Shown piece by piece: positions 1-8,481 of a DNA stretch of 64,000 nt. Made by a program: the position numbers and the translations under genes. The DNA lies in assembly GCA_017883615.1 (NCBI GenBank), contig JADGNF010000023.1:1664-65663 (forward strand), read 5' to 3'. The notes under the pieces were generated by a model that saw only the letters and a list, made by a program, of their open reading frames with translations, searched no databases and had not been told where the DNA came from. Source of the stretch: Candidatus Bathyarchaeota archaeon (GTDB lineage Archaea > Thermoproteota > Bathyarchaeia > Bathyarchaeales > Bathycorpusculaceae). Numbering within the stretch: the stretch's first letter is position 1; each line of letters starts with the position of its first letter.

Positions 1-2143
1 CGTTGACAGCTGCGCCGCCCGTGAACCCGACAGTTCCGACACCGCAACCCACAGCCTTCTCTACCGCTAACGCAGCTAATCCTTTTGCCAGATAAGCATG
101 CACCGAATACGCTAAATCCGCCTTTGAAAACTTGTCTTTGTTTTCAAAAACCGACACTAGCAGTTGAGTTGTATCCAACGCTTTGCCGCAAATTACCGAA
201 GCTAAGCCCAACGCGTCTTTGCCTTTGACGGCTACGGACTCCAGCTTCATGGCTGCTTCGCCCTCGTACGTGCGTTCATAGCAGATTCCGAGAATGGCTG
301 CTGCTGCGTCAAGGATTCTACCCAGACTCGTGGTTTTAGGTGCACTTTGCGTCTTGAGTTGGCTCAGGATAAGATTGGCTTCGGTTTCTCCGTGAGGAAA
401 ACTGTCAGCTTGATGCATTAACCAATCGTCTACGTTGATTTCTTTATTCAGAATCCCTGCGGCGATGCGTAGCGGATAACGGGTGGCAACGTCTCCGCCT
501 AAAAGAGGCTGGGGCTCCAAATAACCCAATCGCCTAAAACCTGCCGAGCCCCGAGTGCAATGGAGGATTTCGCCGCCCCAAGCAGACCCGTCAACCCCAA
601 AACCATACCCGTCGCAAGCGATTCCGACAATTTCGTCCACATAATGCTCAGCCATCAACGCCGCGACGTGGGCATGATGATGCTGCACTTGGATGAGTTT
701 CCAACCATTTTTCTCTGCAAGTTCGCGCGCTAAGTTGGTAGTGGTGAATTTGGGGTGTAAGTCACATGCAATGGCTTCGACTTTGCTGTTGGTTAACCGA
801 ATCAAATGTTCAGTTGCCTGCTGCAAGAAGCGGCGGGTTTCCACGTTTTCGACATCGCCGATGTGCTGGCTCAGGAACGCCTTGTCGCTGTTTAGAACGC
901 AGCTGGTGTTGTTGAGTTCCCCGCCGAGACCAACAACGCAATGCTTCGCTGTCTGTCTAAGCATTATGGGTGCAGGTGCGTAGCCGCGGCATCGCCTCAC
1001 AAACGCGTTTCGGCTTCCGTGGACGCGGGTTACGCTGTCGTCGCATCGCTGGGCGATTTGACGGTTGTGAAACAGGAAATAATCCACACTATCCCCCAAG
1101 ATTTTGAGGGCTTCGTCGTTGTCTTTGACCATGGGCTGGTTCGCGGGATTTGCACTGGTCATTACAAAGGCGGCGTCGGGGATGCCGTCGAAGAGCATGT
1201 AGTGCATGCCGCTGTAGGGCAGCATGACACCGACGTTGTGCAGGTCGGGCGCGATTTGATCGGAGAGGTTGTAGATGCTGTTTTTGTTGAGAAGGACTAT
1301 GGGACGTGCGGGGGATGTTAGAAGGTCCTGTTCTTTCGAATTGACTTCGGCGAAGGATTTGGCGGCTTCCAAACTCTTGGCCATGAGCGCGAAGGGTTTG
1401 GCGTGTCGGTTCTTCGATTCTCGAAGACGCAACAGAGGCGGCTCTTTGATGGCTGAGGTGGCAATGTGGAACCCCCCGTAACCCTTGACGGCGACGACAC
1501 TCCCCTCCGATAGCAACCTGCCAGCTTCCCTCACCGGATCCTTAGCTTCAATAAGCTCACCGCGATTCGAAGTCAGGTACGCTTTGGGTCCGCAACCCGG
1601 GCATGCAACGGTCTGCGCATGGAACCGCCTGTTCTCCGGGTTCTCATACTCCTGCTTGCAGAAGCCGCAGAGGGGAAACTCGCGCATGGTGGTATTTTCG
1701 CGGTCGTAGGGCAACCGCTCGATGATGGTAAATCGGGGTCCGCAGTTGACGCATGTTATGAAGAAATAATCAAAGCGGGGGTCGTTTGGGTCACGCAGTT
1801 CTCGGAGGCAGTCGTTGCAAATAGCGCTGTCCGGCGGAACCACCGAACCTGATTGCTCCAATTGCTCCGAACTCTTTACGATGGTGAAAGTCTGATATTC
1901 GTTTTTGCCACTGAGGGGAGTCTTTTGGATACTGTGGATTTGGGCTTGCGGCGGCTTTTTGTCGATGAGGCTTTGAAGGAACTGCTTGATGGTTTCGTCT
2001 GAGCCTTCCAGCAGGATTTCTACGCCTGCGTCCCCGCGGTTTCGAACGTAACCCGCCAGTCCAAGTCGAACGGCGGTCCGGAAAACGAATGGGCGGAAAC
2101 CTACACCCTGAACAATGCCCGTAACATTGACTTTAACCCGCAA
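1..2143 (-). CDS. hypF: [NiFe]-hydrogenase maturation carbamoyltransferase HypF (C-terminus runs off the left window edge)
   Basis: Absent from the ORF track because it is truncated. My own minus-strand translation gives (TTG)RVKVNVTGIVQGVGFRPFVFR (acylphosphatase-like domain). It has two zinc-finger blocks, CNDCLRELRDPNDPRFDYFFITCVNCGPRF and CGFCKQEYENPENRRFHAQTVACPGCGP. It also has a YrdC-like VAVKGYGGFHIA segment and a Kae1-like VQHHHAHVAA segment. Start assigned to TTG at 2143, directly after an in-frame TGA. Confidence 0.9.
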   Translation of the reverse strand, partial: MRVKVNVTGIVQGVGFRPFVFRTAVRLGLAGYVRNRGDAGVEILLEGSDETIKQFLQSLIDKKPPQAQIHSIQKTPLSGKNEYQTFTIVKSSEQLEQSGSVVPPDSAICNDCLRELRDPNDPRFDYFFITCVNCGPRFTIIERLPYDRENTTMREFPLCGFCKQEYENPENRRFHAQTVACPGCGPKAYLTSNRGELIEAKDPVREAGRLLSEGSVVAVKGYGGFHIATSAIKEPPLLRLRESKNRHAKPFALMAKSLEAAKSFAEVNSKEQDLLTSPARPIVLLNKNSIYNLSDQIAPDLHNVGVMLPYSGMHYMLFDGIPDAAFVMTSANPANQPMVKDNDEALKILGDSVDYFLFHNRQIAQRCDDSVTRVHGSRNAFVRRCRGYAPAPIMLRQTAKHCVVGLGGELNNTSCVLNSDKAFLSQHIGDVENVETRRFLQQATEHLIRLTNSKVEAIACDLHPKFTTTNLARELAEKNGWKLIQVQHHHAHVAALMAEHYVDEIVGIACDGYGFGVDGSAWGGEILHCTRGSAGFRRLGYLEPQPLLGGDVATRYPLRIAAGILNKEINVDDWLMHQADSFPHGETEANLILSQLKTQSAPKTTSLGRILDAAAAILGICYERTYEGEAAMKLESVAVKGKDALGLASVICGKALDTTQLLVSVFENKDKFSKADLAYSVHAYLAKGLAALAVEKAVGCGVGTVGFTGGAAVN

Positions 2144-2276
2144 AGCTGAACCTTCGCTATGTCAGAAACGGAGGTTTTCTCTTATAGATTTCGTAACCCA
2201 AAATCGTGATTTACTCCATAATGACAACAATTAAGTATTATAGTTACGCAACTACATAGTTATATGGTGCAAATAA

Positions 2277-2504
2277 TTGACCAAGTACGCAACAATCTCC
2301 GTTCCCATCGAAGTCAAAGCGCGCCTTGAAAAAGCAAAAGGCGAAAAAGAATGGGGCGAATTCCTCCTGGAGATGTGCACCGAAGGGCAACGCCTCAAAG
2401 GCAAGAAAGCCTTCGAAGACCTAAGGAAACTTCTCTCCAAAGAAGACTTAGAAGCCATACGCGAATCCAGCAAAGAATTCAGGGAGAATTTCAAGCTAAG
2501 ATGA
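2277..2504 (+). CDS. vapB: VapB-type antitoxin (small RHH/CopG-like protein)
   Basis: 75 aa with a TTG start. The N-terminus, TISVPIEVKARLEKAKGEKEWGEFLLEM, resembles archaeal VapB antitoxins (TISV..EV..L..KGE.SFSE pattern). Its stop overlaps the PIN gene start as ATGA (2501-2504). Confidence 0.65.
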   Translation: MTKYATISVPIEVKARLEKAKGEKEWGEFLLEMCTEGQRLKGKKAFEDLRKLLSKEDLEAIRESSKEFRENFKLR

Positions 2505-2845
2505 ACCTACTCGATACAGGCGCAGTCATTGATAAAATGGACAAAGACAGTTATTTTCCTGCCTTCATTTCCACGATAACTCTAATCGAGGTTTTAAGAG
2601 GAGTAGACGACAAAAAGAGGCCGTCAGCGAAGCAGTTGTTGGAAGAAAGCTTTTCCGTTCTAAACCTCGACAACATCATAATAGAAACGTATTGTTACAT
2701 TTATCGTGTTCTGAAAGAAAAAGGCAACCTGCTGCCCGATGCCGACCTCTTAATCGCCGCCACGGCCATAGCGCATGATTTAACGCTTGAAACTAAAGAC
2801 GCCCATTTTCAACGGCTAAAAATGCTTGGCTTAAAGCTCAAGTAA
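2501..2845 (+). CDS. vapC: PIN-domain ribonuclease toxin VapC
   Basis: 114 aa read from ATG 2501 (MNLLDTGAVID...). Acidic PIN residues are spaced as expected: D in LLDTG, E in LIEVL, D in DADLLIAATA and D in TKDAHF. The 164-aa ORF-track version merely reads through vapB in another frame. Confidence 0.8.
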   Translation: MNLLDTGAVIDKMDKDSYFPAFISTITLIEVLRGVDDKKRPSAKQLLEESFSVLNLDNIIIETYCYIYRVLKEKGNLLPDADLLIAATAIAHDLTLETKDAHFQRLKMLGLKLK

Positions 2846-2871
2846 GAAAAAAATGGCAGTTTACGTTTTTC

Positions 2872-4557
2872 TCAAAGCAGCCTCTTCAATACTTTACCCG
2901 TTGAACTTAGTGGCAAGTCTTTGCGGAATTCGAGCCCTCTGACAGCTTTGAAGGCTGCGACCTTGCCGTTCACGAAGCCAACCAATTCCTCCGCTGAGGC
3001 CATAGCGCCTTCTTTGAGGACTACGTAGGCTTTGGGGATTTCTCCCGCTACCGGGTCAGGTTTTCCCACGACGGCGCAGAGTTTTACGGCATGGTGTTCG
3101 TAGAGGATGTCTTCGAGTTCGCGTGGGTAGACGCTGTAGCCTTTGGTTTTGATGAGGTCTTTTTTGCGGTCGGTTATGTAAAAATAGCCATCGGAGTCCA
3201 TGTGGGCGAGGTCGCCTGTGAGGAGCCAGCCATCGCGCAGTACCTGTGCGGTTTCGTCGGGTTGGTTCCAGTAGCCTTTCATTATTTGGGGGCCTTTGAC
3301 GGCGAGTTCGCCTGTTTCTCCGGCACCCAGTGCTTTTTTGCCTGTTTCAGCGTCGACAATCTTTGCCAAAGTGTCGGTCAGGGGCAACCCAATTGAGCCG
3401 ACCTTCACGGTTCGGAGTGTTTTGTCGACGGGGCTGCAGTGCGTGACGGGCGAGGCTTCGGTTAACCCATAGCCTTCAGCCAATAAACCGCCCGTGACTT
3501 GCATGAACTTTTTCTGGACTTCGGAAGGGAGCGGGAAGGCGCCGCTGATGCAGACGCGTATGGAGGTCAAGTCGTATTTGCCGATTTCAGGGTTGGCAAG
3601 GAGGGTTTGGTACATGGTGGGGACGCCGCAGAAAACCGTTACGCGATTTTGCTGAATTGCCATTAGGGCTTTGGCGGGCTCAAATCGTGGCAGCAAAACC
3701 ATCTTCGCCGCTGTTGCGACGGGAACGTTGAGGCTGGTGGTCATTCCGTAAATGTGGAAAAGGGGGAGCGCAACCAGAAAAGTCTCTGACGCCTTTAAGC
3801 ATTTTATCCATGTCGCAAACGCAATTGCATTCGAGACGAGGTTGGCGTGGGTGAGCATTGCCGCTTTCGTAGTGCCCGTGGTTCCGCCCGTGTATTGTAG
3901 AGCCGCCAAATCCTCGGGTGGGTCAAGATGGTTCTTTGGCAACTCAGTCACATTTCGCTTGAGAAGCTCCTGGAATGAATGCAGAACCTTCTTCTCGTTT
4001 TGCACAACAGCCAAATGGGAATTATTAGAGTATTCATCTGAGCCTGTGATTATTGCGTGTTTAAGATTAGTTCTCTGCCAAGTCGCATTAACAATGGGGA
4101 AAAGCGAGTCCAAGACCACTATTGTTTGGGCTTGCGAGTCTACCAACTGATACTCGACTTCCCGTTCCCGATACATCGGACTTATGGTAGTTAAAATGGC
4201 GCCCCCTTTTAGGATGCCGTAATAAGCGATGATAAACTGAGGAATATTCGGTAGAAAGATTGCTACTCGGTCGCCTTTCCCAATACCCAAACCGGCAAGC
4301 CCTGCGGCGAATCTTTCGGAAAGCTCATCCAACTCTCGATAGCTGATTTCCCGATCAAGGTAAGATATCGCAGGTTTTCCTGGGTAATCTCTTGCCGTTT
4401 TCCTGAGCAGATCGTAAAGCGGTACCTTTGGATAATCCAAATGCGTGGGAACATCTTTTGGCCAGCTGCGGAGCCAAGGTTTTTCGTCGATGAATGCCAT
4501 TGGCACTTCTGTTTTTGCTATAGAATCGTCTTTGGGTAATAACGTTTTCCAGTCCAA
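2872..4557 (-). CDS. AMP-dependent acyl-CoA synthetase / long-chain fatty-acid-CoA ligase family
   Basis: 561 aa. AMP-binding signature YTGGTTGTTKAAMLTHANL, plus GYGLTE and a C-terminal GEIPKAYVVL...TGKVLKR typical of the ANL superfamily. TTG start; an alternative ATG lies at MAFIDEK. Confidence 0.85.
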   Translation of the reverse strand: MDWKTLLPKDDSIAKTEVPMAFIDEKPWLRSWPKDVPTHLDYPKVPLYDLLRKTARDYPGKPAISYLDREISYRELDELSERFAAGLAGLGIGKGDRVAIFLPNIPQFIIAYYGILKGGAILTTISPMYREREVEYQLVDSQAQTIVVLDSLFPIVNATWQRTNLKHAIITGSDEYSNNSHLAVVQNEKKVLHSFQELLKRNVTELPKNHLDPPEDLAALQYTGGTTGTTKAAMLTHANLVSNAIAFATWIKCLKASETFLVALPLFHIYGMTTSLNVPVATAAKMVLLPRFEPAKALMAIQQNRVTVFCGVPTMYQTLLANPEIGKYDLTSIRVCISGAFPLPSEVQKKFMQVTGGLLAEGYGLTEASPVTHCSPVDKTLRTVKVGSIGLPLTDTLAKIVDAETGKKALGAGETGELAVKGPQIMKGYWNQPDETAQVLRDGWLLTGDLAHMDSDGYFYITDRKKDLIKTKGYSVYPRELEDILYEHHAVKLCAVVGKPDPVAGEIPKAYVVLKEGAMASAEELVGFVNGKVAAFKAVRGLEFRKDLPLSSTGKVLKRLL

Positions 4558-4665
4558 TTGGATTTAGCAAAAGCTTATTTAAAAAAATCGGAATAGCCAA
4601 TTGCAGGGAACGCTGGGATCTCTATCTTTTTTGAAGGTTCCAGCTAACGCGGAAAGGAGAATCAG

Positions 4666-5682
4666 TTGATTAAGTATATTCATCCAGTAAAACCAAGCTT
4701 AGCCGAGGGACTCGTGGCCGAAGTATATGCCCAGGCTAAACGAGATTTCGGGATAGTTGCCGAACCTTTCCAGATTCATTCACCAGTGCCTAAGGTGCTT
4801 GCTGGGACGTGGATGGTTTGCCGCGAAGTTGAGCTCCTTGGAAACGTTCCCCGACCAGTTAAGGAGGCAATTGCAACGGCGGTTTCTCAATTGAACCAGT
4901 GCCCCTACTGCGTAGATGCACACACCATAATGCTCAATGCTCTCGGAGAAAACGCTGCGGCAAACGCAAACAGCAAAGTCCAGATAGCCTCGATATCTGA
5001 CCCAAAAACCCGCATGGCCACGGAGTGGGCGTTAGCTACAGCTTCGCCGCGGTCGGATTTGTTACGTTGGCTGCCGTTTTCCCGCCAAGAAGCACCCGAA
5101 ATCGTAGGCACAGCGGTTTTCTACCATTACATGAACCGCATGGCAAACGTACTTTTAGACGACACGCCTTTGCCTTCAAACCATAGCTTGCTAAAAAGAC
5201 CCTTGAAGCGGATGGCAAGTTGGATGTTCTCGGGCGCTGTTAACCGCTCCAAAGGCGCGGGGGAGTCGCTACTTTTCCTGCCCAAAACAGACTTGCCAAA
5301 CGATTTGCGGTGGGCAAAATCCTGCCCAAACGTCGCTTGGGCTTACGCTTGCTTCGCTAGGGCAGTTGAAGAGGTTGGAGACCAAACGCTACCTATTGAC
5401 GTTAGAGTTCATTTGCAAGAGGAAATAAGCAACTGGAACGGCTCAACTTCTGAACTCAGTTTAGCATGGTGTGAAGACGCCATTGGCCGCTTCGATGAAT
5501 CAACTCAATCTGCTGCCCGCCTTGCACTGTTGACAGCTTTGGCTCCCAAGAGAGTAGATGAAGAAACAGTCTTGGATTTTCGCAAGCATTTCCCCCAAGA
5601 CGAAAAACTGATTGGTGTCTTGGCATGGTCAAGTTTTGCGGCAGCTCGGAAAATCGGAACTTGGTTACAACCGATGAATTAA
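4666..5682 (+). CDS. AhpD-like / carboxymuconolactone decarboxylase family protein
   Basis: 338 aa with a TTG start. Contains CPYCVDAH, which is the CxxCxxxH motif of the AhpD/CMD fold. Confidence 0.6.
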   Translation: MIKYIHPVKPSLAEGLVAEVYAQAKRDFGIVAEPFQIHSPVPKVLAGTWMVCREVELLGNVPRPVKEAIATAVSQLNQCPYCVDAHTIMLNALGENAAANANSKVQIASISDPKTRMATEWALATASPRSDLLRWLPFSRQEAPEIVGTAVFYHYMNRMANVLLDDTPLPSNHSLLKRPLKRMASWMFSGAVNRSKGAGESLLFLPKTDLPNDLRWAKSCPNVAWAYACFARAVEEVGDQTLPIDVRVHLQEEISNWNGSTSELSLAWCEDAIGRFDESTQSAARLALLTALAPKRVDEETVLDFRKHFPQDEKLIGVLAWSSFAAARKIGTWLQPMN

Positions 5683-5687
5683 CGCTT

Positions 5688-6089
5688 TTAAGAAGGCAGA
5701 TTTTCCGGCAGCGACTGGTGATGAATTGAGGGGTTGTAGTAGAAAATATTAGCATTCACGATCAAGCTATCAGACCCTATGTAGCCCAAACAGTAAAGAG
5801 CGGTTCTTTGCGAATCCAGATAAATAGTGCGTACATTTTGGGATGCGGCTAGATTTTGAAAGTCTGTAAACAGACTCACTATCGCTTTGGAATCGATCCT
5901 AATGTTGGACATAGGCTGCGTTTCCACTGTAAATCCGGCAGCTTCAAGTTGGGCAACATATGTTTTGAGGTTATCCGAGACTTGCCAAGAAGTAAGAGAC
6001 CAAACGCTTACACCCGCGCTCGCCAAAACGATGCATCCAATTGAAGCTGAAAGGACCATAATCATCTGTCTGGTCAGCATCTCATGCAC
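5688..6089 (-). CDS. hypothetical membrane-anchored protein
   Basis: 133 aa with one N-terminal hydrophobic helix (MIMVLSASIGCIVLASAGVSVW). No recognisable motif. Confidence 0.4.
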   Translation of the reverse strand: MHEMLTRQMIMVLSASIGCIVLASAGVSVWSLTSWQVSDNLKTYVAQLEAAGFTVETQPMSNIRIDSKAIVSLFTDFQNLAASQNVRTIYLDSQRTALYCLGYIGSDSLIVNANIFYYNPSIHHQSLPENLPS

Positions 6090-6251
6090 CTAATTGTATA
6101 TTGTACAGATATGAATTAAAGCTTTTTCACACTCAGTCCTTTCAAATAATAAAAATAGCTTAATCGTAACAAGAATTTCCATAGGCAATAGTAATAGAAC
6201 TTAAAATTGTACAAAAGGGATGAGATAGTCTCTTAGAGGCTATTCTTTGGT

Positions 6252-7679
6252 TTACTTCTTGTTGGTGAGATATTCGTGCATTGCTTTTGCTGCACGTTTA
6301 CCTGCACCCATGGCGCTGATTACTGTGGCTGCACCTGTAGCAACATCTCCGCCTGCGTAAACTCCGTCAAGGCTGGTTTTCCCAACTTCGTTCACTGTTA
6401 TGGTTCCGTGTCTCGGGTCACTTTGTAAGCCTTCGGTTGTGCGTTGTATGATTGGGTTTGGAGTTTGTCCGATGGCGATTATTACTGTGTCAACTTCCAT
6501 GGTGAATTCGCTATCAGGAATGACTTTCACACCGCGTCTGCCTTTCGCATCTGGTTCAGTGAGTTCCATGCAAACGGCTTTCATGCTCTTAACCCAGCCC
6601 CGTTCGTCGCCGTAAAACTCGACTGGAGCCGCCAAGAATTTGCAGACTAAGCCTTCTTCTTCAGCGTTTTCGATTTCTTCGTGTCTAGCTGGCAGTTCGT
6701 CGCGGGAACGTCGGTAAACAAGGCAAACGTCAGAACCCAGACGCATGGAGCATCTTGCGCAGTCCATGGCAACGTTTCCGCCGCCTATGACGACGACGTG
6801 TTTGCCGATGCGGATTGGGGTGTCGTATTCTGGGAACAGATAGCCTTTCATGAGGTTAACACGGATGAGGAATTCGTTGGCTGAGTAGATGCCGCCTAGG
6901 TTTTCGCCTGGGCAACCTGTGAACTGTGGCAAACCTGCGCCGCTTCCGATGAACACGGCGTCGTATCCGCCTTCCTTCATCAGTTCGGGTATAGTGTGAG
7001 TTCTTCCAATCAAGTTACCCAACCGCAAGTCTACACCCAATTTCTGGACGTAATTGACTTCGTTTTGGACGATGGCTTTTGGCAAACGGAACTCTGGAAT
7101 ACCGTAAGAGAGCACTCCTCCTCCGACATGGAGAGCCTCAAACTCGGTGACTTCGTGACCTTGCTTAATTAAGTCCGCTGCTACTGTGAGTCCGGCTGGA
7201 CCAGCGCCGATAACCGCGACTTTCTTGCCTGTTGGCGTGGGTTTGGGGGGAAGTTGTGAGCCATTTTCGCGTTCCCAATCTGCCAGAAACCGTTCTAAAC
7301 GTCCGATGCTGATTGGGTCGCCCATTTTTCCAATGACACACTTGCTTTGGCATTGTACTTCCTGAGGGCATACACGTCCACAGACTGCAGGCAGCGCGTT
7401 TTTTGTCTTTATTGCGGCTATGCCTTCAGCGTATTTCTTTTCTTTGATGCATTTAATGAATGTTGGAATAGGAACTTCCACTGGGCAAGCCGTCATGCAC
7501 TGAGGCTTTGGGCAGGTCAAGCATCTGCTGGCTTCCTCCTGTGCTTCTGCTTCGGTGTATCCTAGGGCAACTTCTTTAAAGTTTTTGGCTCGGACTTTAG
7601 GCTCTTGCTTAGCCATTTCTACAGCTTTCTTGTTGAGTTTTGGTTTAGGCTTTGTTTCCGCCACACTTACAACCTCCAC
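6252..7679 (-). CDS. NfnB/SudA/GltD-like NAD(P)H-dependent FAD/Fe-S oxidoreductase (glutamate synthase small-subunit family)
   Basis: 475 aa. N-terminal Cys clusters (CLTCPKPQCMTACP, CGRVCP..C..C). Two Rossmann GxGxxG motifs (VAVIGAGPAGL, VVVIGGGNVAMD). C-terminal GVYAGGD. GTG start overlaps the end of the upstream NfnA-like gene. Confidence 0.85.
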   Translation of the reverse strand: MEVVSVAETKPKPKLNKKAVEMAKQEPKVRAKNFKEVALGYTEAEAQEEASRCLTCPKPQCMTACPVEVPIPTFIKCIKEKKYAEGIAAIKTKNALPAVCGRVCPQEVQCQSKCVIGKMGDPISIGRLERFLADWERENGSQLPPKPTPTGKKVAVIGAGPAGLTVAADLIKQGHEVTEFEALHVGGGVLSYGIPEFRLPKAIVQNEVNYVQKLGVDLRLGNLIGRTHTIPELMKEGGYDAVFIGSGAGLPQFTGCPGENLGGIYSANEFLIRVNLMKGYLFPEYDTPIRIGKHVVVIGGGNVAMDCARCSMRLGSDVCLVYRRSRDELPARHEEIENAEEEGLVCKFLAAPVEFYGDERGWVKSMKAVCMELTEPDAKGRRGVKVIPDSEFTMEVDTVIIAIGQTPNPIIQRTTEGLQSDPRHGTITVNEVGKTSLDGVYAGGDVATGAATVISAMGAGKRAAKAMHEYLTNKK

Positions 7680-8481
7680 TTGTTTCCCACAATAGTGAAC
7701 CTAAGCGCTCCTCAGGGAGCATTGTGCGTTGACGCAAAATTAACTCTTCAAAGTTGGTTTGGTGACCGTCAAATTCGGGTCCGTCAACGCATCCAAACAT
7801 CATTTTTCCGCCGACGGTGACTCGGCACACACCACACATTCCCATGCCGTCAATCATGATTGGCGTCAAAGTAACGACGGTTGGAATGCCAAAGGGTTTG
7901 GTGATTGCGCTGACATCTCGCATCATGACCACGGGACCCATAACGACACATCGGTCAAATTTTTCTTTCTTCAACAGATCGTTGAGGAAGTCTAAGCCTT
8001 TGTTGCCGTAGGAGCCGTCGTCTGTTGCGACGTAGACTTTGTCGCTTAGCGTCTTGGCTTCTTTTTCCATTATCATGGCCTCTTTGGTTCTTGCGCCCAA
8101 GACGGTGGTGACTTGGTTGCCGGCTGCTTTCATGGCTTTAACTTGGAGCAGTAGGGGTGCGATCATGATGCTTCCGCCGATGCAAAGAACTTTGCCGAAC
8201 TTTTTGATTTCAGAAGGATTGCCCAAAGGTCCAGTGACGTTAAGTATCTCTTGACCTTCGCTATAGCAACCCAGTTCTTTGGTGGTTTTGCCGACTTCGT
8301 GGAAAGCAAACGAAACCGTGCCCTTCTTGGCGTCGTAGCCGCTGATGGTTAACGGTACCCGTTCGCCTTTTTCGTGGGGAACCACTATGAGGAATTGGCC
8401 TGCTTGAGCTTTTGCAGCTATGTCTGGGGCTTCAACTTCGAAGAGGGTTTCTTTGTGTGAAAGCGTTTTCTTGCTAATTAT
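7645..8481 (-). CDS. NfnA/SudB-like ferredoxin-NADP reductase-type subunit (FAD barrel, NAD-binding domain, C-terminal 2Fe-2S Cys cluster)
   Basis: The ORF track starts at GTG 8385 (MVPHEKGERVP...). The same frame stays open for 32 more codons: ISKKTLSHKETLFEVEAPDIAAKAQAGQFLIV. That matches the usual N-terminus of this family. C-terminal CGVCRV...FGCVDGPEF. I place the start at ATA 8479-8481, so the start is uncertain (see findings). Confidence 0.8.
   Translation of the reverse strand: MISKKTLSHKETLFEVEAPDIAAKAQAGQFLIVVPHEKGERVPLTISGYDAKKGTVSFAFHEVGKTTKELGCYSEGQEILNVTGPLGNPSEIKKFGKVLCIGGSIMIAPLLLQVKAMKAAGNQVTTVLGARTKEAMIMEKEAKTLSDKVYVATDDGSYGNKGLDFLNDLLKKEKFDRCVVMGPVVMMRDVSAITKPFGIPTVVTLTPIMIDGMGMCGVCRVTVGGKMMFGCVDGPEFDGHQTNFEELILRQRTMLPEERLGSLLWETSGGCKCGGNKA

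Noticed and set aside
2351-2845. The 164-aa ORF-track version of the PIN gene
   Set aside because: Its first 50 codons overlap vapB in another frame and are Arg/Pro-rich with no homology-like features. ATG 2501, forming ATGA with the vapB stop, gives a normal-length PIN domain.
6224-6246. The imperfect palindrome ATAGTCTCT-tag-AGAGGCTAT just downstream of the NfnB-like stop, and the palindromes at 46582-46597 and 46609-46625 downstream of aspS
   Set aside because: These are probably simple terminator or AT-rich palindromes in 3' regions. They are not distinctive enough to report as findings.
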